Source of the DNA: Camelus ferus
Lineage: Eukaryota
Assembly: GCF_009834535.1 (NCBI RefSeq)
Contig: NC_045696.1
Span: 8,806,001 to 8,870,000, forward strand
Direction: 5' to 3'
DNA: 64,000 nucleotides
Shown: positions 53,071 to 64,000 of the stretch, piece after piece
Position numbering within the stretch: the stretch's first letter is position 1
Layout: each line of letters starts with the position of its first letter
Notes under the pieces: model-generated
Database searches by the model: none
What the model saw: the letters and a program-made list of their open reading frames with translations, nothing else
Told to the model about the DNA's origin: nothing
Made by a program: the position numbers and the translations under genes

Positions 53071-53856
53071 ATACTCTCGTGGTCATTAACAAGCAGAACA
53101 GGCCATTTGGATGCTTTATACTAGTCTGAGTTGACACAGTTTAATGGTTTCTTCTGTCCAGTGCTGTCACTCTCAGCCTGTCCACTGCACATGGTGAATG
53201 GTGACTTAGTCTCAGTTATTGGCCCGTTTGTGCTATTACATAACTTGAAATTATTTGCAATATATCACTTTGAGAGCACTCTGAGTGATCTGCACTTGAA
53301 ACGAATATTTATAGCTCTATGTTGCATACAAAAGGACTCTGCAGGCTTCTGTTTAGATGGCTTGTTTCTTTTCAAATGAGGCAGTAGATATTTCCAGCTT
53401 TCACCTAGCATGACCTGAGAATATGGACAGTAAAAATGTAAATTAGAAGATAAATGAAACTTAGCTTGATGTTCACTGATTATTCACGTTTAAAATACTT
53501 TATCCCATACATTGAAAGCTCATAGGCCTTCAGCTTTACAAATAATTTTTATTATATTTATTAAGTGCTATCTAAGTTCTTGTATCACCTTATTAAGTGA
53601 CTGCAATTTTTTTTCCTCTTACCTTTAATACAGGTCTCTTAAAAAATAAAGCTTCTACATGGTTATTTCATGGATCTTGGGATTCTTCTAAGTCTGACCA
53701 TGGTGGTTAAATGAAGACTCATAATCAATATTTCCTGAAAACAATTATCGCCCAGAATAATTAAAATATTATCAATTATCTTTCAGATCTAGTGACAGCT
53801 TTGCCAGTTTACCAGGATAGAATGTTAAACTAAGCTCATCTTTAACTTACTCTCAG

Positions 53857-54311
53857 TGTATTAGTCAGGTTTTTCCCGAGAAACAGAACCAGTTGGATGT
53901 GTGTATACATATAAAAGGATATATTATAAGAAATTGGCTCATGCAATTATGGAGGCTGGAGAGTCCAAAAATCAGGGTAGGCCTGCGAGGCTGGAGAACC
54001 AAAGTTTTGGATCAAGTCCCAAGAAAGTTTGCTGTAGAACCAGGAAGAGCCAAGGGTGCAAAATGAACTCTAGAGGCAGTCTGTTGGAGAATTCTCTCTT
54101 GTGCAGGGGAAATGGTTTTTGTTCTCTTCCATCCTTCAACTGATTGGATGAGGCTCACCCACATGAAAAGGGCAAGCTGCTTACTAAAAATTCACTGATT
54201 TAAATGATAATCTCATCCAGAATACCCTCACAGAAACACCTAGAATTGTGTTTGACCACATATCTGGGCACCCTGGGGCCCAGCCAAGTTGACATTGAAT
54301 TAACCATATCA
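53857..54311 (-). mobile_element. MLT2B ERVL solo LTR
   Basis: 'tgtattagtcagg...gaaacagaacca...aagaaattggctcatgcaattatggaggctg...ccttcaactgattggatgagg...cagccaagttgaca'; near-TSD ctcag/ctcaa. Confidence 0.9.
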
Positions 54312-55235
54312 CTCAAGATTTTTTTATCAATTCCGAATGATAAGGACAAAGCCCTACTAGATGCCTAGACCTGTACTAGGTCAGCTGTGTCCCATGGAAT
54401 CTTCACATCAACATCCCAAGTTAGGTTGGGTATCTTGTTTGATAGCTAAGTAGACAGAGGCTCACAGAGTTACTTGCCCAAACCACACATCTAAGAATTG
54501 GCTGAGCTCTGATTGGTACCCAGAATGATCTGTTTCCAAAATCCATGCTATTTCCTGATGGGTGAACTGGTCTCAGCATGTTTCTCTGTGGTCCATATGT
54601 CTCATGTCCCAACGGTTGGCCAGAGACTTGAACCAGGAGCCTTAGTTTTCTGTAGCTCCTTCCATGGACTGGTCAGCTTGGGAGTGAGCTGGGTAGGAGG
54701 GGCAGACTTCCAGAGAAATCCTGGCCTTATCCTAACCCAGGATGGAGCAATACTCTTTGAACAAGATAATTCTCTTCACATGAATAATTGCTCAAAATGG
54801 ATCAGAGTATCTCAGTTGTCAAGATTTTGCATTGTTTTTGTTGGGTGCTTGCTTATTTTTATTTTTTGTTCAGTTCCATTCAGTATTTATTGTTGTAGGG
54901 TCTCTGTTAAATGTTGAAGATCCAAATTATCTTTGGAGAATATTTTACTATCAATGTGTATGAATTATATTTGTTGGAATGGAAAATCCAGCCCATGTAG
55001 CTTTAAAAAAAAAGAAACTGAACAAAATCACAAATTGTTAACCATCACCATGGTAGTTAGGTTGATTAATTCTAGTAGCCACACAGAAAAGCACCCAAAG
55101 CCCACTGGCTTAACAAGAATATTCACATCCTGTTACTCCAAGTTCAACATGGGTCATTAATGTCTCTTCTTCATTTGCTGACTCAGAGATCCAGGCTCCC
55201 TTCAACTCACATATCAGCAGCTCCCTACGTGACTT

Positions 55236-55736
55236 TGTGGTGGCAGAATCAGGGCCCCACAAAATGTTCGTGCTTGAATTCCCAGGACCTGTGCATGGTA
55301 TCTTACATGACAAAATGAACTTGGTAGATGTAATTAAGTTCACAGGCATTGAGATGAGAATTTTCCTGGATTATCTGGATGGGCCCAATCTAATCACAGA
55401 ATCCTTAAACATAGAGAGCGTTTCCCAACTGAGTCAGAGAGAGGTGTGACTACAGGGCATGAGTCAGAGAGATGTGTTGTGAAAAGCACTTGACCCACCA
55501 CAGCTTGGCTTTGAAGATGGAGGAAGGGGCCATGAACCAAGGGATGCAGGTGTCCTTTAGAAGCTGGAAAACTCAGGGAAACAGATTCTCCTTTGGGATC
55601 TCCAGAAGGAACTCAGCCTTGCTCAGTGAGACTCATGTTGGACTTCTGACCTCCAGAACTGTAAGATAGTAAGTTTGAATCGTTTAAGATGCCAATTTGT
55701 GGTAATGTGTCATAGCAGCGATAGAAAAGCAAGGCA
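55236..55736 (+). mobile_element. MLT1D-like solo LTR nested in an older, oppositely oriented MLT1 (~55050-55910)
   Basis: 'tcctggattatctggatgggcccaatctaatcaca...ggctttgaagatggaggaaggggccatga...gacttctgacctccagaactgtaagata'. Confidence 0.85.
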
Positions 55737-57929
55737 ACTTCTGAGTTTCCCTGGCAGAGAAATTAAGGATGAAGGAGACAGATGGAATCTTCAGTGCTCC
55801 AGAGCACAAGGCTCATTTCCCTTTTGCTTGACTTCTAAGTGAAAGTGGAGACTCCTAGGAAATATGGAGGCGTTTTGGTGTTCCAGGAGCAATATCGGTC
55901 TCTGCCAAAAGCATCTAACACTACCTTTTGGCGCACGGTAAACACACATTAATAGTTAGAGAAAGAATCAACAACTGTACAATGAACTGGATTTCAGTTA
56001 CTTAAATTTACCTGGAAGACCTTATCTGGATTAGAAACTGCACACACACAACAGGTGGACTGCTCCTGTTTGGATCTGAATTCCTTTCTCTATTCTAGGT
56101 CTAGAGTAACTATGGGAGGAATGTAAAATTAGGTTTACAGACACGTGCATATTTTTCAAACATACTGTTTCCTGGCCCAAAATATTTTTCACCTTCTGAA
56201 ACCAAATTTAAACTATACATTATTCAAACACTGTAATTTAGGTAAATAACAATTCTAGAATGAGATTATTTGAAGCACATGTGTATAAGTGTTGCTAGTT
56301 TAGACCTGGTCTGCAATAGAGTTAATAACTGGTTGTACAATTGCATTTCCTTGAAATTGACTTTGCATTAAGCAAAATGGGAAAATGAAAATGGTGGCTG
56401 CCTTAATGGATGAGACTAAAGAAGTCTGTTTGAAAGTTTCAGGTGAAGATATAAGTATCCACTTCGGAAAATCATCTTCCAGCATCCAGATGGTGCTTGG
56501 TTAATATTCACAAACCACTCATGTATCCTTGGATCTGCTAGAACTACAGGTCCTAGATCTTGTCCTGCAAACATCTACAAGTTGCTGTTTGCTGTTATTC
56601 ATCTCAACAAAATGGGTGACGAAAGAGCACTCTCTATTAATGTGTTAAAACTAGGTTTCTCTCTTATGTTTCAAGTTGGTAAGCCTCAATTTTTCAATCT
56701 TATATCTCAAAAGTTTTATTACATCATTTAGTATTTCACTTCACTTAGCTTTCTCAATTTTTTCTGTCTCTGTTGGAAGTTGGCCAATGCAGTATCTGAT
56801 TTGTATTCATTTCATAGAATCTGTTCCTGTTATACTCTGAAATATTGATTTGCTCGTCATTTCAAATTTAAAATCAGTAATGTACCAGTTTTTTGCTGGT
56901 ACTTAAACATGTCCCAGGATATTTGCTAAAGATAAAAATAAGATCCTGTTGTTAAGTGAAATTTAGTAACAGATTCAGGTGTTTTGGAACCCAAAGCTTA
57001 AATTGCTAAAGGGATATCATTATTATTTCATAGTCTGGTCAGGAGAAGGGTCTTGCCAACATAAGAATGAGCCTGAAGATGGAGGATTCCATTCTTTAAG
57101 CCATACTTAAAACTTTGTGTTCAAGTTCATTTATTCTTGGCAAAAGTCAACTTCCCGTTTTTGATGAAAATGGAGTTGAGATACTCAGAAGTTGAATGAA
57201 TATCAAGTAATTTGCTATGAAACAGCATTTTGCTAAGTAAAGTGAAAATGAGTCATAAAAGGATACATTTTTTAATGATAAGTGAAAATAAGAATCTAGG
57301 GGAAGAAATGGTTTGTAAAAAGCTTTGAGGATTTCATCCAGTATTTGGAGATTAGTTTGATGGAGACAACCGTTCATCCATCCTTTAATTTTATTCTGAT
57401 TTTGGTTGTAATCAGATTTTGGTTGGTCTAGTCTTCAAATTAATGATCTCTACCAGTTTCAAATTTATAAAAGCTGTACTATGGGGTGAATACTTAAACA
57501 AAAACATACTCCATAAAAAGTAACCACTATTCACATTTTCAACACAAACTCCATGTGTATAGCATGAAAAGTTTTGGCCACAGTTAAATATGTTCACATT
57601 GCTGCCCTTTTCCACCCAGAAGGGGAATTACATTAAGTTTACAGGACATAATATTTATATTGGCATGATTAAATCTATTTGCCCATATAAAATAAAGACT
57701 GTTAATAACAGTCATACCACAGCACTGGAAACATTATTGGTACTTCCTTCATTAATTCATCTCTTAATTATGAATCCATCTATTAATTTTGAATTATGAA
57801 TTGATGAATCAGTCGAAGGATCAATTAACTCAGTTGGTTCACAAAAGTATATCGAGCATTTGTGATGTGTCTGACCCTGGTTCACAAAGCATCCTTTCGT
57901 GTTTTTAAAGAGAACACTCTTCCAAAGGA

Positions 57930-58312
57930 GAGCCCTTGTTTGTTCCTGCAGCTTCTGCTCTGCTCTCTCAGAGAACCTGCTCTCAGAACCCTGAGTCACC
58001 ATACAGAAGCCCCAGTGGGCAGAGACTGAGGCTGCCATGCGTGCTGGGAGGAACCCAAGCCACCAGGAGAGGCTCTGGAAGATGGGTTGTCACAAGGAGA
58101 GAGGGAGAGAGAGGGGGACCAAGGAGCCGGATGTGTGAGTGCAGAGGCCCTCCTAGGAGTGGCTTCTTCAGCCCCAGTCACCCCACAGCGACCCCATAAA
58201 GCCAAGATGGTCATCCAGTCCAGACCTCCTCAAAACTGTGGAGAAAATGAAATCGTTGGTTTAAGCTGTCCAACTATGGGATAGTTTACTGCACAGCAGC
58301 AGATAACTGGAG
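57930..58312 (+). mobile_element. MLT1H-like MaLR LTR
   Basis: 'gctgccatgcgtg...aacccaagccac...gttggtttaagc...gggatagttt...cagcagcagataactgga'. Confidence 0.65.
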
Positions 58313-58823
58313 AAAGGCTATTACAGTAAATTACCAAGATAATAAGGACTTGCTAATGGAAAGGAAAGTGTTTTCTTTGCGAATTAAAAAAAAAAATCAG
58401 GTGGAGCTATATAGTATGTTATTCTTAGTGCAAACAGTTTAAAATTTTGTGCCATGAGGCCATCCTTCAAAATTCTGGATCTTAGATGAAATAAATTTTT
58501 GATCATGGATATATCTGGAATCAACCCTTGTTTCTTTTCTAAACACTTAATCCATCCTTACTAGATTCCAGGTACTGGGGACTCGAGTGGAAAAAAAAAA
58601 ATCTCAGTTCCTGCCTTCAAGGGCTGAGCCACTGAGGGAACAAGACAAATATTTTTTAAAAGGGAGCAGTGGTACAACAAAACTAAACGTGATGGTATAT
58701 GGAGGCTGTCAGGGGACCGACCCCAGATGAGAGAACGAGGGATGTGGACACAGATGTAGATAAAGATGTAGTTGCAAATGCAGATACAGATATAGCCAGG
58801 GCTCTTTGGATATAAAAATTACA

Positions 58824-58971
58824 GGGGGGAGGGCATAGTTCAGTGGTAGAGTGTGTGCCTAGCATGCACGAGGTCTTGGGTTCAAACCCTGGTACCTCTA
58901 TAAGAATAAGTTAACTAACTAACTAAATAAATAAACCTAATTACCTCCTCCACCTAAAAATAATTTAAAAA
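58824..58971 (+). mobile_element. Young tRNA-derived SINE, camelid vic-1-like
   Basis: 'gggggagggcatagttcagtggtagag...gaggtcttgggttcaaaccctggtacctc' with Pol III A and B boxes; A-rich tail; 12-bp TSD ataaaaattaca (58812-58823, 58972-58983). Confidence 0.85.
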
Positions 58972-59155
58972 ATAAAAATTACACATGTATAATGTATATT
59001 ATTTATATTTACACACATACACCCAAGTATGTGAGTGCACATACAGATGCATTCTCTCAAAATCATCTTTTTGATGATATGTTATGATTTATATATAATA
59101 ATTTGTCATCCAGTGCTTAAGTTATTACAGGTTTTTAGATTGCAATATAATATTT

Positions 59156-59519
59156 TTATATATATTTTTGTATTGAAGTGTAGTCAGTTTACAGTGTTGT
59201 GTCAATTTCTGGTGTACAGCAGAATGTTTCAGTCATACATAAACATACATATATTCATTTTCAAATTCTTTTTCACCATAAGTTACTACAAGATTTTGAA
59301 TATGGTTCCCTGTGCTATGCAGTATGATCTTGTTGTTTATCCATTTTCTATATAGTGGTTAATACCTGCAAATCTCGAACTCCCAATTTATCCCTTCCCA
59401 CCCCCTTCCCCTCTGTTACCCATAAGTTTGTTTCCTATGTCTGTGAGTCTGTTTCTGTTTTGTAACTAAGTTCATTTGTCTTTTTTCTTTTTTAAGATTC
59501 CACATATAAGTGATGTTGT
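59156..59519 (-). mobile_element. Young 5'-truncated L1 3' end
   Basis: Reverse-complement homology to the L1 ends at 5051-5523; TSD aatataatattt (59144-59155, 59520-59531). Confidence 0.9.
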
Positions 59520-60646
59520 AATATAATATTTAATGTTTAGTGATAAAGATGCCAAATACATGCTTTTAAAAGATTTATTGACTCAATACCTATGTTTTCT
59601 GATAAAATGCCACACAAAGATTTTTCCTGTAAAACCTGTACTGTTCACCTTATTCCCAATACATAGCCTATCCCTGCTTTTCATTTTAGAGCAGAATGAT
59701 GAATTTGTCATGAAGGGAGAGGAAGTAATCACCTCGGAGACTTGAGAATCAACTCTAAATTCTTTTTCCACATCTCCATCCCTAATTTCGCCCCTGGAGA
59801 AGTTGAGAAGCGTGACCCAGGAAAGCTACACACAGCTGCAGCACAGGAATAGAAATTGAACAGATACTGAGTCCTCTACACTTCTCGCCTCATCCCTAAC
59901 ATTTCCACGTGTCCATTGCTAAACGGGCTGACCTCACTTTGGACCTTTTGCATGTTGATTTAAGAAATATGTCTGATGAAATCACCCTTCTTAATTATAT
60001 GTAGAAAGATCTTTAAATGATTTGAATGCTAAGCTTCATTTGCATACAGTGTGCATTTTTTTTATGTCAGTGACTGGAAAGATGTTAAAACTGGGGTTTC
60101 TCAATGCTTTTCCAGCTGGTGAAATTGTAATTTTCCAGAATCTTCTTCTAGAGCTTTCCCCACAACAATGTTCCTGTGAATAGCCACACAGGCATGTAGA
60201 ACCTTCCACAAACACATACACACACACAATTTTTGAGGCTGTGTGCATTTTTTATATGTGTAGGATAATTAAACAACGTTGGGGGACAAAAGGTTAGGAA
60301 AACAGGCAATCCCAGAAAGAAGTTGAGTTTTGGGTGAGGAAAGAAATTATAGAAAAGAAATAGCAGGATTTGTCTCATCACCTGACTAAGTGCCTGAGCT
60401 TATCCTGGGGACTGACTCACCAGGAGTCACACAGAGGGGACCAACAATCTAAAATCTGAAGGAGACTGTATTCACCTTCCTATAGATTTTTTTATTCTTC
60501 TTGAGTAGAAATCCCTTCTGCAGCTGGAATGAAAAATCTTCTGGATTCACCACATTTATTCATTCATCCCACAAGCATTTATTGAGAACCTACTTGCTCA
60601 TGGGCAAAGTAGTGGAAAATTGAGATTCCATCTCCCTCCACACTTT

Positions 60647-61240
60647 TTTTTTAATTGAAGCATAGTCAGTCTATGATGTGTCAATTTCTGGTGTACAACA
60701 TACTGTTTCAGTCAGACATATACATACATATATTCATTTTCATATTCTTTTTCATTATAGGTTAGTGCAAGATATTGAATATAGTTCCCTGTGCTATACA
60801 GTAGAAACTTGTTTATCTATTTTATATTCTATTCTATATTCTTATATATATATATTCTATGTATCTATTCTATATTCTACTATATATAAAATTTGCAAAT
60901 CTCAAACTCCCAATTTATCCCTTCCCATCCCCTTTCCCCCCCAGTAACCATAAGTTTGTTTACTATGTCTGCAAGTCTGTTTCTGTTTTGTAGATAAGTT
61001 CATTAGTGTCCTCTTTTTTCTTTTTTTTTTTAAGATTCCACATATAAGTGATACCATATGGTATTTTTCTTTCTCTTTCTGGCTTACTTCACTTCGAATG
61101 ACAATCTCCAGGTCCATCCACGTTGCTGCAAATGGCATTATTCTATTCTTTTTATGGCTGAGTAGTATTCCATTGTATAAATATACCACAGCTTCTTTAT
61201 CCAGTCATCTGTCGACTGGACATTTAGGTTGTTTTCATCT
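60647..61240 (-). mobile_element. Young 5'-truncated L1 (ORF2 C-terminal tail + 3' UTR) inserted into an L2
   Basis: ORF 60902-61189(-) 'MPFAATWMDLEIVIRSEVSQKEKEKYHMVSLICG' is the typical L1 3' end translation; TSD ctccacacttt (60636-60646, 61241-61251). Confidence 0.92.
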
Positions 61241-62834
61241 CTCCACACTTTGATGAGACATCAGTTGTGAACATCAGTTAGCCATGGTCAAGTTTCAAGG
61301 TCCAGGTTTTTGAAAATGGACAGTCCTAGGACAAGTCAGCTTGTCCCCAGTCCCCTTCTGGGGACTATTTCAGTACCCCAAATAGTATCAGGAAGCTGAT
61401 CAAAAAGGAGACATACTTTGGCTGATGGGTTAATATTTGCTGGCGATTTACTCCACTTCGCTTACCACAGGGCTGCTTTCTGTACCTCTCCCTAGCCACC
61501 TAGCTGTCGCTGCTTTCATTCTTTCTTCATTAGACTCGGGCTCCATTCGGTAGAGGAGTCTTGACTTTTTCAGTCTAGTTCTGTTTTCCAAGTTCAGCAA
61601 GGAAGTAGAGACATTATTTACTCCTCATTTTTCTCTCTTTGGTGAAGACAAAAAAAAATTCTTATTTTCTTTTTGCTGGTCAATTAAATGTAATGACATT
61701 GTTAAGAATAGTTATGAGAAATATTTTCCTGCAGATCATTTTTTTCTTACATCCCAATTCTGTCCTCTGCTCAGACATAGAAATTAAAAAAAGAAAAAGA
61801 AAAAAGCCACAAGTTATGAGAAAATTGGGGGAGGATGTGTTCTCAGAACCTCCCTGGGTGGCTGTTACCAAGACAGCATGGTAAGGAAATATTCCTTCTT
61901 ACAGTCCAAAGTGACAACCAGAACCAAATTAGCAAGATTTGGGGTTCTATATATTATTGTGTAGGTACTGTAGAACAGTTAACCTGAAAGATTTGAACTA
62001 AAAATCTACTTTTTACTTAGCTTGGTTACATGATGAATAAATAATTGGCAATTTTGCCTCTTGTGATATCAACACGTATTGCTACTGTACGATTTAAATG
62101 TGGCAATGAATTGGGCTAAATGTGTATTTTTACTGTTTTTAATTCAATAAAACCCAAACCACTCATTGGAATTTGTTGTAGTTTGACCTCGTTTTATGTA
62201 ACTGTTTATAATTAGCATTCTTGATTCGCGTAAGAATAAAATATTGGACAGTCCAGACGATAGCTCTTTCACAACCACATTGTTCCTTTTTTCCTTCCAG
62301 TTGCAGACACGGGAGAGATTTAAAAATATCAGTGGGCTTTGGCACACGTTTCAGTTGGCGAAGCAACTCGCCAGCTGCTCCTGTCCCACAGTTTGCTGCC
62401 GTTTTCCACGCCTCTTGGGACACCGTGCTTTCAGCTTTGGGCATTCAGCGGCACATCCCTTCTTACCTTACGTGGCATCTCCCAGAAGCCATTGCAGCCT
62501 GAGGATGTGGCCTCCCTGTTTGGTCACTAACACACAGCATCCCCTTTAGGGAAAGGGCAGTTTTTGAGACATGGGTTCTATTAGAGGGTGGATTGAGGAT
62601 GACTGTGGGGTGTTTGTGGGGAAAAAAAAAAAAAAACATCATCTCCCTTATCAGCATGTAGCACTTAGCTAGGCCTCCATGGAACATAAGGGTAGCAGGA
62701 AATTAGGAAGAGAACAACAAACTTTTTTTGAAAGTGCATGTGTGCATTTAATAAGAAGCGTGAAGGCTGGTCATTTAACTTGGAAGGGTTAAAGTAAAAA
62801 TAGCAGAGAATGAGTACCTGAAAATACATTGGTC

Positions 62835-63331
62835 TGCATTAGTTATCTATTGCCACACAACAAATTACACAAAACTGAGTGTCTTAAAACAACGATGTTT
62901 ATTGTCTCAAAGTTTCTGTAAGTAGAATGTGGGAGCAGCTCACTTGGGTGCCTTTGGCTCAAGGTTTCCCGTAAGGCTACAATCAAGGTGCCAGCTGGGG
63001 CTGCAGTCATCCGAAGGCTCAGTGAGGGAAGGGTGCCCTTACAGGCTAGCTCACACAGTTGGCGCAGGCCTCCCTCAGCTACTTCTCCATCTCGCAGCTC
63101 ATAAGCCAGTGGCTGGCTCCCCTCAGATCTCGCAAGAGAGGGAGCGCAAGATGGAAGCCGCAGCCTTTTTGTAACCTAATCTCTGAGTGAACCCCCATCA
63201 CTTTGGCTGTGTTCCAGTCACTACAAGCAAGTCCCTAGGTCCAGCGCACCCTCAGGGGAGAGAATTACAGAAGTACGTGATTACCAGAAGGCAGAGATCA
63301 CCAAGTGCCAATTCAGCAGCTGTCTTCCACA
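62835..63331 (-). mobile_element. MLT1F-like MaLR solo LTR
   Basis: 'ttagttatctattgcc...cttaaaacaac...caatcaaggtgccagctggggctgcagtcatc...caagatggaagcc...ccatcacttt'; near-TSD tggtc/tgatc. Confidence 0.85.
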
Positions 63332-63489
63332 TGATCCAATTTTTTAAATTGGATTCAAATAATGTTACCTTCAAGATTGGTACTGTGTTTCCTCCTGCAT
63401 TCATGGCCATTTATCTAAAAGTCATGAGAGATGTGAAAGGGAGAGGAAGCAGGAGGTTAGAAACGGACCCCATGACAGACCCCTGCCGT

Positions 63490-63610
63490 AGATGCGTTTA
63501 TGGTATCTCATATCCACAAGAGGCGTGAGAGGTAGGTCCGGACTGCTGCCATTTTCAAATAAGGAAACTGAGGCTCACAGAAACAGATACTGGACGTAGA
63601 GTTTTGTGGC
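63490..63610 (-). mobile_element. MIR SINE
   Basis: 'ccattttcaaataaggaaactgaggctcacaga' MIR core. Confidence 0.75.
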
Positions 63611-64000
63611 TTGATACTACATTCCCAAACATATACATTGTTAACGGAACTGGAGGCTTTCTTCGCCATATTTTCTATCAGTTTCTATTTAACTTGACTA
63701 GAACTGAGTTTTTAAAATAACTCAGTTGCTGTGTTACTTTATAAAGTTAAAAAAGTAGAGAGAATCAAAAGTATGCGGAAGGACAGAATGTGTTGTGTCG
63801 ATTAAATACACTAGCCCCAGTATTGCTAGAGCAAGTTTTGGCCAGTAGTAGCAAGGCAAAAAAATCTCCATGGTTACAGAAGCTGAAGAAACAGGAAGGC
63901 AGTGGATCTGACAGGGCTCAAGGGACCAGCAGGGTCTTGCTGATTGAGGAAGATTCCATTTAATAAATTTCTGGGTGGCATAAGGAGAAAGGGTGGGTGA

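Noticed and set aside
56270..57800. AT-rich unique stretch as a decayed transposase or pseudogene
   Set aside because: Manual translation of part of it gave stop-interrupted frames with no recognisable motif; BLASTx/Dfam would be needed
58824..58900. tRNA gene
   Set aside because: A and B boxes are present, but the A-rich tail and TSD identify it as a SINE
60902..61189. L1-like ORF as a functional CDS
   Set aside because: It is only the 3' remnant of a 5'-truncated L1, with no endonuclease or reverse transcriptase domain
1..64000. CRISPR array, operon, prophage, intact ERV, rRNA or other multi-gene system
   Set aside because: No regularly spaced repeats, long ORFs, or paired LTRs with internal gag/pol sequence were seen; the DNA is repeat-rich mammalian non-coding sequence

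Overview
This is mammalian, essentially non-coding genomic DNA, not a prokaryotic or viral window. It is dominated by ancient eutherian repeats: MIR, L2, old L1M 3' ends, many MaLR/ERV solo LTRs and hAT-type MER DNA transposons. A few young insertions have clear target-site duplications (TSDs): a tRNA-derived SINE resembling the camelid vic-1 family and short L1 3' ends. Together these suggest a camelid (alpaca/camel) genome, which is an inference from recalled consensus sequences, not a database search. I recognise none of the ORF-track ORFs as a known protein; most lie in repeats or start at TTG/GTG, so no CDS is called. The best non-repeat signal is a minus-strand chain of candidate micro-exons in the first ~8.4 kb. 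It can be spliced into one short open frame, and some of its splice sites look decayed (possible small gene, lncRNA or unitary pseudogene). A few CpG-retaining unique segments may be regulatory. I found no convincing novel multi-gene system. Repeat subfamily names come from memory and need RepeatMasker/Dfam confirmation.
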